Notes under the pieces: generated by a model | The model's database searches: none | What the model saw: the letters and a program-made list of their open reading frames with translations, nothing else | What the model was told of the DNA's origin: nothing | Source: Bugula neritina | Taxonomy: Eukaryota > Animalia > Bryozoa | DNA: 64,000 bases | NCBI GenBank assembly: GCA_964035545.1 | Contig: OZ037771.1 | Location: 11,474,480 to 11,538,479 of the forward strand | Direction: 5' to 3' | Program-made: the position numbers and the translations under genes | Shown here: positions 13,783 to 32,691 of the stretch, one piece after another | Numbering within the stretch: the first letter of the stretch is position 1 | Layout of the letters: each line of letters starts with the position of its first letter

Positions 13783-15778
13783 TATACCAGACTCTTCACA
13801 GCAGGCCTTATAAACAGTGCACATGTCACAGCATGTCACATGTCAGAGCATGCCATATATCTAGTGTGTCATTTGTTGGAGCATGCCACGAACTTATAGC
13901 TTGTCACATGTCATGGCATGCCACCTGCCAGAGCATGCCTACGATATTCTGTATGGAAAACTTTTATCCGGCCATTTTCTATTCTAATAATGAATCTCCT
14001 CAAAAATTATGAGACAAATTTTTTTATCTTCTTTGGCTAGCTCTGTAAGATCTGATGTGGCTCTAAAAGTGACAGTCTTAAGTCATACAAGCTTTTTAAA
14101 GGCCCTAGTTAGTTTTTAGTATACAGCTATAATTTTTTAATTTGAACATAGATTTAAAAAGCTGGTTTAAAATCAATTTAACAGACGAGTATCTCTGTGG
14201 GTCTATATTTGTTCTTATCCGCTATTGAAATACTGCCAGTAATGATTCTTGCAATTTACTCGCCAGCTGCTATAGTGTACATCTCATCTTTTATCTATGA
14301 TTTTATTAAAGTATTTTATGATGTTTTTCTTTCATTTTAAAGGAAATTATTTAGTTCTCCTTGTTATAAACATTCTTTTTGCAATAACAATCCAACTGCT
14401 ATAATGCAAGCCTTTTTGTACATCTCGTGCACTTACACCTAGATATAGTAAATTATCAACAGTTTAGAATGTGGAAGCTATTCTACATGTTGCAAGTAGT
14501 TATACATAACTGCTTAGAATAACACCTCTGGAGTAGTTGAACCCTCCGTACAAGGCCACCTTATCTGTTGCTTCAAAATCTGCCTCTGCTAGGGTTGCAA
14601 TAAGATGCATGATCAAGGGGCTGTCTTGCCATTGTCTTTGAGATTAGAATACCTTGAGATTTGTGGATTCTGACTAACGTAAATCTTTTACCTGTAAAAG
14701 TGCTTTTCTGTTCACAGAAAGACAAACATGTCAAAAAGGGTACTCTTTCAATAATACATTCATGGTCACTTTAGTCTTTTTATATATTTAATCTCATTTT
14801 CTAATTCAAGTACCTTAACACTGGGACATTCAATAATTATAAAAATTTTGAATCATAAAAAGTGGAAAAATCATTCAGAAGTGATGGGAAGTGCAACTTC
14901 TTATACACTAAAGCTGTGGTTCGATAATTTGCAAATCAAACTTTCTGTACAAATTTCCTTTGAATTTTTTTTCACACATTAACCTTGAGCAACTTCTTTT
15001 ATTCACTTTTGATTAATTTAGTAAGGCTGCTTTAGTTGAAGTATTGGAAATCAATGTTTATCCTACAATGACCTGTATCTAGCGGGCATGCCTTTTTCCA
15101 ACAGTGTCAACGAAAGAACCAGGTATCTATGCAATATTATTGATTAATTTATTTGTTTTTGAATCATATTTCTGGCATTTTATCTTTCGAGTTGATTCCT
15201 GTATCATGTAAAACCATCAAGTTCCAAGTCGCTGCTTTTTAGAACATTTCCTCACAGGTATTTCATCACCTATATCCACTCTGTCCTGCGCAAGTATCAG
15301 GTATTTCATAAACTTGAAATAAAGTTGTGCCATTACTTTGTGCTGTTATAGTAGTATTTTATACTCGCTCTGTTATATAGTAGTACTGTGTACTCTTTCT
15401 GTTATATAGTAGTATTGTGGTTTAAAATTATTAAAAATATTGCTAACAGAAATAAATGGGTAAACTAGCAACATTAAATTTTAACTCTTATGCATTACTA
15501 TATATTCATTAAACATGTGACAAAAGTACTATAATAGCTTTTCAGTATACCGTATGTGTTTTTTCTAGCAATCTTCTATATATTACAGAGGCAATAGGTG
15601 GTGTTTTTCAACTATAAGCCGAGAAAACACCTATTTGAGACAATTCTACTTGGCTGGAAAAACACTCCTCAAACATATGTTCTATTACAGTTTTATATGA
15701 TTTAGATATTATCTGCCGTTATCCCACGACATCAATGCTTTCTTCAGTCTTAACCAATACACATCTGTAGGCTCTAGC

Positions 15779-23358
<7,580 letters not shown>

Positions 23359-24129
23359 CTCTAACCAGATTTACCAACCTCTATATGATTGTTTAAAGAC
23401 TATTGTGTTTATATTGTATTGTGCAATACTTCGGGATTATGGCAGGTCTGATTGTTATTAGAAGGCAATCCTGAAAAAGTTTGCTCAGCTTATATTTACT
23501 TGTATTATTGTGCGGTGATTGTCCATTTTAACAAATTGTTCTTAATGCAGCTGTAACAACAGTTGCATAATTGCATTGCCCTTCGCTTTTCCATGTTCCA
23601 CATGAAGAGATATTTTCAACAAGCGAGATTGCATTCGGCTCAAGTATTGCATTTCAATTTTTGATTCTTGGGAAATTATAATGTGTATTACAGGCATAAA
23701 GTACCCAAAACATGAGTAGGTGTATGGTAAGCCTAAACATTAAAATGACTGTGTGTGCAATTTAGTTCAAAAATAGCTTGTGAAAATGGCCATAAATTGA
23801 TTAATTGCGCAATGTTTTCCTCATAACAAATTAATTTATCACTTGATTATTGATTCAATTTATAATTTTCTTATTTTCGGTTAGATTTCAGTTTTTCTTC
23901 TGATTGACATAATGATTCTTTAAAATTAATCAATTATTTTACACTTTTATGTTATATTGGTAAATGTTGTATTTTTATTTATGTAATAAATTCATTACAA
24001 TAAAATTTAAAAATAATATATACAAAACATTGCTTTGGCATGTTACTGGTACTTCTCAAAAAAGTTCTGTCGATACGTGATGGTGGCGTCTCTTTCTCTA
24101 AACAGTCCTCACAAGGAACTTTTCTAGTA

Positions 24130-27100
24130 CTAGTAGTAAAAGGATCCAAAAGCAGTGGCCACACAGAAGAATGAATCCTACAATGTTATGCAATTATGTA
24201 ACATACAGTGTTGATATATATAATTAAAGTAACTGTTTACATCTACTAAACTTAAACTATAAAAGTAGAACAGGGAGCAGCCATGGTCTAGGGGTTAGAG
24301 CGTGCCTAGTAAACACGAGGTTATGGGTTAGAGCCCTGACAAAGGCCATTGGTGATGTTAGGAAGCGCATTCAGTCATAATTGCTTCTGTGCCTCATATG
24401 AATAAGTCCTTAGCCCGCTTTAACAAAAACCCTTTCTATCAGGGGTTTCTCACAGGGATAGCGACTACAAACTTGCATGAGTTTATAAAAGTAGAACATA
24501 ATATGCTAGTAAATGTAATTATATCCATAAATATAATTGAGATTTACTAGTTTACTCTAGTAGTATGTGTCCAAAACATAAGCTCCAGAAAACATGCCAC
24601 AACTTATTATTTGGCATATACCATGTTACTGAATGTAATCATAACTAATGACATCAAATATAAATACATAGGCGCACCAACAGCTATTTGGGGTATTAAA
24701 TGTATGGCACAAATCATAGCCACTCTTACCGACATAAACATATCTTGCGCATAGTTATCAGTATCAGAGTCCCAGTAACATCTGGCTGCCATCCTGTAAG
24801 AAAGAAAAGCATCTGGTGTAACTAAATTATACTACCAGTTTCTAAAATACAGTTTATTATGTCAACATATATCAATTTATATTAATGTTCGGTAGAATTC
24901 CTTTTAAAAAGTTAAATAGAAAACACATCATAAAAGCATCAAGCATATTGTTTTACCTGCAAGTGTTTCCATTATTGTCTTTTAAAACTAAAATATCAGT
25001 GACAGGAAGTGACTTACAGATTATCGCTTTTTCAAGTCAGCAAACAAAATGAGACCATTCTAGCTGTTTATATAGTAACCACACATTGAATATTTTCTCT
25101 ACTATGTTTGTTTTACTGTGTTTTATGTAATATAAATGTTACACCACGTTGAGCAGACAAACTTCTATGTTATGTAATCAAGTTAGTATTGTAAAAGCAT
25201 CCTGCAATTTTGGAAACATGTAAGCAGTTTAATTAGTCTTTTTCCTAAACTAAAACAAGACTCAAGTCAAATGTAGACGCCTTTAAATTAAATATAAGTG
25301 TAAGCACGAGCAAAAAACATATCTAGTAACTTGGGAAATAGAACACTTTACTCTTTTATCAGCTTCGTTGAAATATATTTATATAAAATTCAATTCATTT
25401 GGTTTTTTTGTGCTGTGTTGATATATCTAATTGAGAAAATTAATAACTTTCATTGGAAGCAGTGTTACACAGCTTCAGATTTTTGTCCTTTTAAAAATTG
25501 AGTTAATCATTGCCGAAGCTATTTACAAGAAAACTGGAAATGCTTATTGAAAGGTGAAGCAGTAATTATTGACTGCCATGCAGCCCTTTTACTTTGCTCT
25601 GTTTTTGTTATTATTTTCTAGAAACTAGATATTAGTATGATGCCTTAACTTAGTCAGCTGTAAGTGAATATGGGACTCAATAGCTAATAACTCAAAAGTA
25701 TAAACAGTTGCATGTACTTACTTCACGCCTTCCCCTTTCTGTTCACCAAGTACAACTTGTACAACAAACTTGTACCTGTCATAGCCTACTTCTAAAACAT
25801 AGTAAAGGAAATGTGATATTACCAATAAAATGCTAAAATCTAGACAAACGGTTACAGACTGCTTATGTATTTGAGTTGACTTCAAATACATTCTCTGATA
25901 AAAATATCAATTGTTGGTAAAGCTGTCATACAATGGAAGCATATTAGAAACTGTTGGACTTGCCATCTTTGCTACAATTACCATTGAAAACCATTATGTC
26001 TTTAGTTTCCGAAAACTTTCCAGTAGCTTACCTTTCAGTTTAGATTTTATTTCATCACCTAGTTGTTTAGAAAGTTCTGTTGACTCTTCTTGGTTATATG
26101 ATACACCAGTAAGTTTTTCTTGCAACACATTGTGTATTACTTCTTTCACTATAGCTGGTCGAAACCTACAAGGTTTATATTAATTTACAAATGAATATAA
26201 ATATAAACTCAACTTCTAATAGCAAAATAAAGCTGTAAATAATAAATAGTACATAAGTTGATAACTAGGGAGCAGCCGTGGTCAAGGGATTAGAGCATTT
26301 GCCTAGTAAGCAGGAAGTCACGGTTCGAGCCCAACAAAAGCCATTGGTGATGTTAGGAAGAGCATCCAGTCATAATTGCTCCTGTGCTCCATCTGAATAA
26401 TTCCTTAGCCGGAATTGAAAAAATACCTTTTCCATCAGCGGTTTCTCACAGGGATAGTGACTATAAACCTGCGTAAGCTTCTTAATTTACTCTAAGTTTT
26501 ATATGAGTTGGTAACTGAATAGAAATATAGAGTATATTCCGATACTTAAAGTTTTAGTATAGTATGTGAATTTAAGTAATACATCTGATATTCAAAAAAA
26601 TAAAATAAAACTTAAGAGTTTAAGCCAAAGAGATAATTGTATTTTACTTCGAATAGGCTTTGTTGAGTGTGAATTGAGTTAAGAATTTTAGAATTTTTAT
26701 TATTTTCTATATAATTATGTTGTTATTGGACTGACACTTTAGCTACACTTGTCAATCAGGTTTTATAATCTGCTTCAAACCTGTTAGATTCTTAACTTTG
26801 AGTATACTTAAAAGTATAAATAATTAAACAACTCAAATATGTATTACCATCAATTCCAATTTGTTATAGTCACTTAACAACTATAGGAAAATGATAGCAG
26901 TTACAGGTTATATACTAAAAAACTGCTACATAATAATAAAAATAATTATAAAAAGTTGAATAATAATCACTGCAATTATAAACATGTGCAAAATGCTCAA
27001 CACTTAGAGATAGTTACAACAAGAACATAAAACTCTTAAATGTTTGCCATGTATACAGAAGTGATCAGTGATCACTACACACAGAATATCATTATGATTA

Positions 27101-27453
27101 TGAGAAAAGAGTAGCGAAAACGTTCACAGAGAAAGTGATATCTTCATTTACACTATTATTCATATCAATATATGAAGCATACTTACTTACTATTGTTATT
27201 TTCATAATAATAATTTAGAGTCACAATAAAATTACAAATGCAGATGGTTTTACTCACTATTACTAAGTATTACTATTAGTATTATATGAGATTTGGTGCT
27301 AGTAGTAGTACAATAAATATAAGTATAACTAAATTAGCCATACTTGTGTTGGTAATTAGGTCGGATTATATAAGTATTTGAAGGTTGTTCCTCTTCTTCT
27401 AGCTGCACATTTTCAGAATCCTCTAAGTTTTCTTTGGAAGGGTCGGCTGCCAT
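24130..27453 (-). CDS. DYNLT2B: Dynein light chain Tctex-type 2B (TCTEX1D2), 141 aa
   Basis: Exons 27453-27344, 26165-26032, 25791-25722, 24793-24730, 24177-24130. Translation NTYIIRPNYQHKFRPAIVKEVIH...DRYKFVVQVVLGEQKGEGVKMAARCYWDSDTDNYAQDMFMSDSFFCVATAFGSFYY* is typical of TCTEX1D2. Confidence 0.95.
24273..24481 (+). mobile_element. tRNA-derived SINE, full-length copy
   Basis: gggagcagccatggtctaggggttagagc (A box), a degenerate B box, then the shared body. Confidence 0.85.
26268..26478 (+). mobile_element. tRNA-derived SINE, full-length copy
   Basis: gggagcagccgtggtc...ggttcgagccc (B box) plus the shared body. Confidence 0.85.
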
Positions 27454-27725
27454 TTTGAAGCGAGTAAATAGTTACTATGCGCAATGATCTCTAACATCTC
27501 GCGCAATTTCGTCTACGAAAGCGTACAGTTTGCAAGAGAATATGACTCCAGAGTCATAAAACGAATGCGCGTCATCGTTGCTCCTTCCTCTTTATCAACA
27601 TTCACTGAAAAAAAAACTTATAATAAATGGCACTATCTGCCTAACTACAAAGCTATCGCTAAATGCAACAGAGAACCTAGAGTCACTGAGTGCAGATTTT
27701 GTAAAAGCTGACCTCTACACGCCTA

Positions 27726-28481
27726 CACGGGCTTTCCATGTACCGATCTCAGATCGATCTCGCTGAGATCGATCTGAGACATGTGCTCAGATCGATCGTT
27801 TTTCCATGAGAGTGTCAGATCGACCTCGCGAAGTTGCATCCTCTTGAGTGAAGTATACTTTAAAAGTATAATTTGTTCACCTATTTGAGTGATTACAGCT
27901 ACTACTGTTGAAAAAAAGATGGCCGTAGTCTAAAATTTAATCCCAGCTATAAACTATGCGCAGCAAAGCTTTCAGTGTATAGTAATTTGGTCAATTTAAA
28001 ATAATTAACTTTAATTTTTTAGCTTGACAGCTTATATAAAATTAATGGCCGTCTTGCAGATTATTAATAGACTTATAGGACTGTTGGGCTTAAAATTACA
28101 AAGAAAATAGCTAATGAAACTAAGTTTTAATAGTCATTTAAATTCCCCCATTTTTTTTTACCTTCTACTGCATATAATTGAGTTTTCTTAATCATTGTAC
28201 TGAAAGTCAAAGTTTTGGCATCTGAAAAGGTGGCTATCATGATTATTTAATACTTTGCTTAGTAATTATCAATAAGTTATCATTTTTATTAGCAGACAAT
28301 ATTGTAGCGCGCAGTCTTTTTCTACTTCTCAGATCGATCTGGCGTCTTTCCATGGTCTTATTGACATGGGATCGATCTGAGTTCGAGCTCCACAGACCGA
28401 CCAGCTCAGATCGACTGAGATCGATCTTTGGCGTCTTTCCATGGATCGATCTCGCTGAGATCGGTCCATGGAAAACCGGTG
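27726..28481. mobile_element. Non-autonomous CACTA/EnSpm-like DNA transposon
   Basis: TIRs cacgggctttccatgtaccgatctcag / ctgagatcggtccatggaaaaccggtg; 3-bp TSD cta (27723-25, 28482-84); many subterminal agatcgatct palindromes. Confidence 0.8.
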
Positions 28482-28720
28482 CTACACTCCGAACATTGCA
28501 GTCAGTGACTTGCCAACTAAGCGCTGTTTCAAGCAAATGCAAGCAATGCTATGATGACCTTGCATTCTAGCCGCCATGTTACATGTCAAAATCTAAATTT
28601 ACGCGGGGGTAAGCACGACTAATTTGCACAGCAATTTTACCTTAATATCATTTTAGTTTAGCTCCATCGTTTATTATTTTCCCCATGTCTCAATTCAGCA
28701 TTTATCTACATCCTTGCAAC

Positions 28721-30650
28721 ATGAATAAGCCAATTAAGAGCACAAAGCCAAGAAGTAGAACAACTGGTTCTCAGTGTTTTGCGTACAACTGCTTCAACTA
28801 CCAATACAGCATTCGCAGTAAAGAAAAACGTATCTCATTTCATAAGTAAGTAAATGTTTTTTACTAGTAATAGACATGATTATGCTTATAGTAAATATGT
28901 TAGAGTAGCATTAGACTTTCATTTAGCCATAGAAACCGTAATAGTAATAATTATAATAGTTGTACTTGTAGTACTACTACTAGTACTAGTAGTAGTATTG
29001 CACTTTGACTTTCAGTTTCTAAAACTAATGCTACTACTACTGGTGGTGGTGGTGGTACTGGCGATAGTACTAGCAGTAGTAATAGTGTAGTGGCTGTGTG
29101 AAGTATACCCCCAACCTCCCATGTATTTAATATATGCAGCAGAAGACATGATATCATATATTGTAAAAGTTCCAAAAGACAATAACTCCGTTAGCGATGC
29201 CCACCGGCCAATAACATCCAGCCCTTCAGATATAAACAGCGCCTTGCGGCGCTCAGCCTCAGTCAAAGGATGACTGCCATGTAGACTAGGATAATATTGT
29301 GCAGCTGTTCCATATGTGTATTCTTCTGCAATTGCTGATAACTTTACTTGTATCTAATTAAATTTAAAATATAGATCTTTCACCAACGCTAAGTACTTCA
29401 GTTTTTCTCTCAAACCTCGTAGTAGATCATGCAGCAGTGATTCATGTATGCAATAATACCCCACTCTCGTTGTGCACAAAACTACAACAGTAGTACTAAC
29501 ACTAACAGTAGTACTAGTAGCAGCAGTAGTAGTATTGTATTTTGGTGTTACGCAGGGCCAGGCAATATCAGTATGATGTCTTTACTATTAGTATTCATAA
29601 TACGATTGATCATAACAGACACCAGTTAGTAAGACACTTGAATAGTAGCAAATATATGTGTTTAGGTTTCCCAATAAGCAAAAAGAGTTCAATCGCTGGA
29701 ATGTTTGGTGGAAGGTTTCTAAGCGGGTAGAAGAACCTAGTCCACGCTCTCTCCTGTGTAGTGATCACTTTTATGACAATTGTATTGAAAGCTCAGGCCG
29801 AAGTCGACGTCTGCTAGATGGAGCCGTTCCAGCAGAGGAGTTGGTTCCTCTTTCAGGGCCACCTGTAGTAAGCTGAATTTCTACTGCAGTGGTGACATAA
29901 TAAGATACTCCTTAGACATACTTTGCTGCATCGTACACCGTAATGTAAAATGTCAGCCATTTTTACAAATGTCCAAGCTTCCTGTGCGGCGTTGCTGTAC
30001 GTTAGGCTCAAACACTGATCATTTTAAAAAGTTGCGACGGGCTCCTATTAGACTGAAAGACGTTTGCGTCAATTCATTGGATATAAATGTCTAATGAAGT
30101 GTCATAGATCGTACCCACTATACAATAGCGCACTTTGAGAACTTTAGCCTGGACACATTAAAATGTCTGACATTTTACATTGTGGCAAAGTGCGTTTAGG
30201 GAGTAAAGCATCTGTTGATCATTTTATTTCAGAAGAAAAGTGCTCCACCTGTTACCGATGCTAATCAACATGCGGAGGAACCAGATATTGTTTTAGTTGA
30301 AGAAGCTGAAGCTAACCTGAACACCTCACCAGATGTAGTTCTTCAGGTTATTCAGATAATTTATATAGCTAATCAATGGTGTGGTATTTTTGTTATGTTG
30401 TAATAGGTTGTTGTATTGTTACTAGAACATAATTTTTTTAGTGGGTTATTCTCCTATTGGAGTAGAATAATTTATTATTATGTAGGACCATTGTTATAGT
30501 GCTTCTGTCGATGGGCTCAAGCAAAGGGTGATGCTTCTGGAAGAAAAAGTAAGCCAGTTGCAGAAGCAAGTTAGCAATTCAACTAGAAGGGAGATGAGGT
30601 CGAAAGTTAAGCTTGCGCAATTCAGCAAATTGGTAAAGGAAAATAATTGA
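28721..30650 (+). CDS. THAP zinc-finger protein with HCF-1-binding motif and C-terminal coiled coil (~200 aa)
   Basis: Exons 28721-28845, 29666-29867, 30233-30346, 30486-30650. Motifs CFAYNC...ISFHKFP...W...LLCSDHF...AVP, then DHCY and a heptad region. The start may be further upstream (in-frame ATG 28685, or a small exon 28583-28608). Confidence 0.85.
29907..30204. mobile_element. MITE, same family as 42838-43130 in opposite orientation
   Basis: Internal sequence (cattggatataaatgtc.aatgaagtgtcatagatc; gggctcctatt) is the reverse complement of that at 42930-43070; degenerate TIRs. Confidence 0.7.
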
Positions 30651-31681
30651 ATCAATAGTTGATTAGAAAAAAATTGAAGTAATTTACTGGCTTTGAATTA
30701 ATAAACTGATTGATTGACGATGCTATTGGTTAAGTAATCTGCTGCTAGTGTAGTAGTATTACCATACAGATATTCCAGATGGCACATTGAACCCCCCCTA
30801 CTTTTACTAAATCATTAGCTACATTTTATGATGCCGATTGATGAATCTTTAGGTGGGCTGAAATCTCAGGCTATGGCAAAGAAGAAAGATAAATTACAAC
30901 TTACACCTGATAGGTTGGTGTTTTATTTTTCATAATTTTTTTTAGCATTTTTAAAATTCTTTTCGACAAGCAATAGTTCTTTATGCTGTATATGTAACAA
31001 GTTGTGTTGCATGGTTAGGACGTCATGTACAGTAGTGTGGTTTATTCTTTTAGTTGTTGTTGGACCTTTGGATGCCATGAGTATGCCTCCGAGTGCCAAT
31101 TCAAGATGGAAGGTAATGCTAGGCTGTGTAGACCTGCATTGCGACCTGAAAGACGGACGATGACAACTGAGCAGATGGCGCTTTGCCAACTAACTTGTAA
31201 AGATCATGGACAGCTGCAGACTGTTGCTCCTTCACACACTTGAACATTTCCATTTAAATGCTTTTTCTATTGATTGTGTGGCTTTGGATGCATATAATGC
31301 TTCAAATCTCCCTCTGTGTAAAAGTTTGGGAGCACAAATAAACTTGGACATTTTTTATTTTAAAGGATGTAAAGTTTTTATTTCACCTGTCACATGATAA
31401 ACTATTAAAGTGCATATGTGCACTAAAATAAACCAATTGTAGTTGTTCATAATTATGGTAAAACTAAAATAAAATTAACTAAAAAATAACAAAAATATAC
31501 ACACACATGTGCATTATGTTTGTGCATGCACTGCAGCCAGCCTTCAGAGTAAAAAAGTTGTAGTAGTTAATGGTCAAAATGTAAATAAAAAAGAAAAAAA
31601 TTAAGGTTTTAAAAATAAACAATGCATCAATTCCATGATTTTGCAAGCTGTGAGTGTTGAATGTATGGTAGCATAATCATA

Positions 31682-32142
31682 CTAGTGTGTCCAGAGTTTA
31701 GTAAGAGTGGGCAATTCCAAGTTCATAAGATCAGTGATATAAGCAACAAGCTCTTCGTGAACAGTCTGAATGTCCTTAGACGCGTCTACAATCTGCAACA
31801 TGGCTTACAGTTATATGCCAAGAGTAAACAATAATAACTGGTCAGAAATAGATAAAGTAAATAAGTTAAATTATAAACCTATGGGGGAATCAGATAGTAC
31901 CTTCCAATAACTAAGGTCTTCCTTGCTCATGATGGATTTGAAGTTCTCAGCTACTCTTAGCTGAAAATCTGTTTGCTCATATCTCTCGTTTCCAAAGTCA
32001 GCTCTCTTGGCAGCGTCTTCAGAAGACAGTTGGAGATAGAGAACTAAGTCTGGACGTGGTAAACCTACCTCTGGTTGCTTACACCAATCTATGGTAAAAC
32101 CCTGTTAAAAAAAGATGGTAGTTTTGTGATTTATATATGATT

Positions 32143-32182
<40 letters not shown>

Positions 32183-32608
32183 GCTTGTGACTCCTAGAGT
32201 CACTTGAGCACTCTGGCTTGAGTTTACACACCTTTTAAATATGCTTTAGTAAAACTATAAGTTTCTACTATTGCGAAGGTGTGGGTCATGGTACTCTGTT
32301 CTGTGCTGATGAGGGGACAAATCCCGAAACAGCTGCTGTCCACAGATTGAGATATTACGCTCTCATTTAATGCTCAGCAATGACATTAAATGATTGAGCA
32401 CTCTCACCATGGTCACAAACTCAAGCTGCTAGCATTTTGCAATGCTCGTGACTCCTAGAGTCACTTGAGCACTCTGGCTTGAGTTTACACACCTTTTAAA
32501 TATGCTTTAGTAAAACTATAAGTTTTACTATTGCGAAGGTGTGGGCCATGGTACTCTGTTCTGTGCTGATGAGGGGACAAACCCCGAAACAGCTGCTGTC
32601 CACAGATT

Positions 32609-32691
<83 letters not shown>

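Larger units (their letters stand above)
32181..32612 (+). mobile_element. Hammerhead-ribozyme retroelement (retrozyme / Penelope pLTR-like), 1.7 units of 260 nt inside (TA)n
   Basis: ~170-bp direct repeats 32181-32352 and 32442-32612, each ending in a type I hammerhead; (TA)n on both sides. Confidence 0.82.

Noticed and set aside
28503-31195. P-element-like termini around the THAP gene (ttgccaacta at ~28510 and ~31183)
   Set aside because: The motifs are in direct, not inverted, orientation and no TSD was found.
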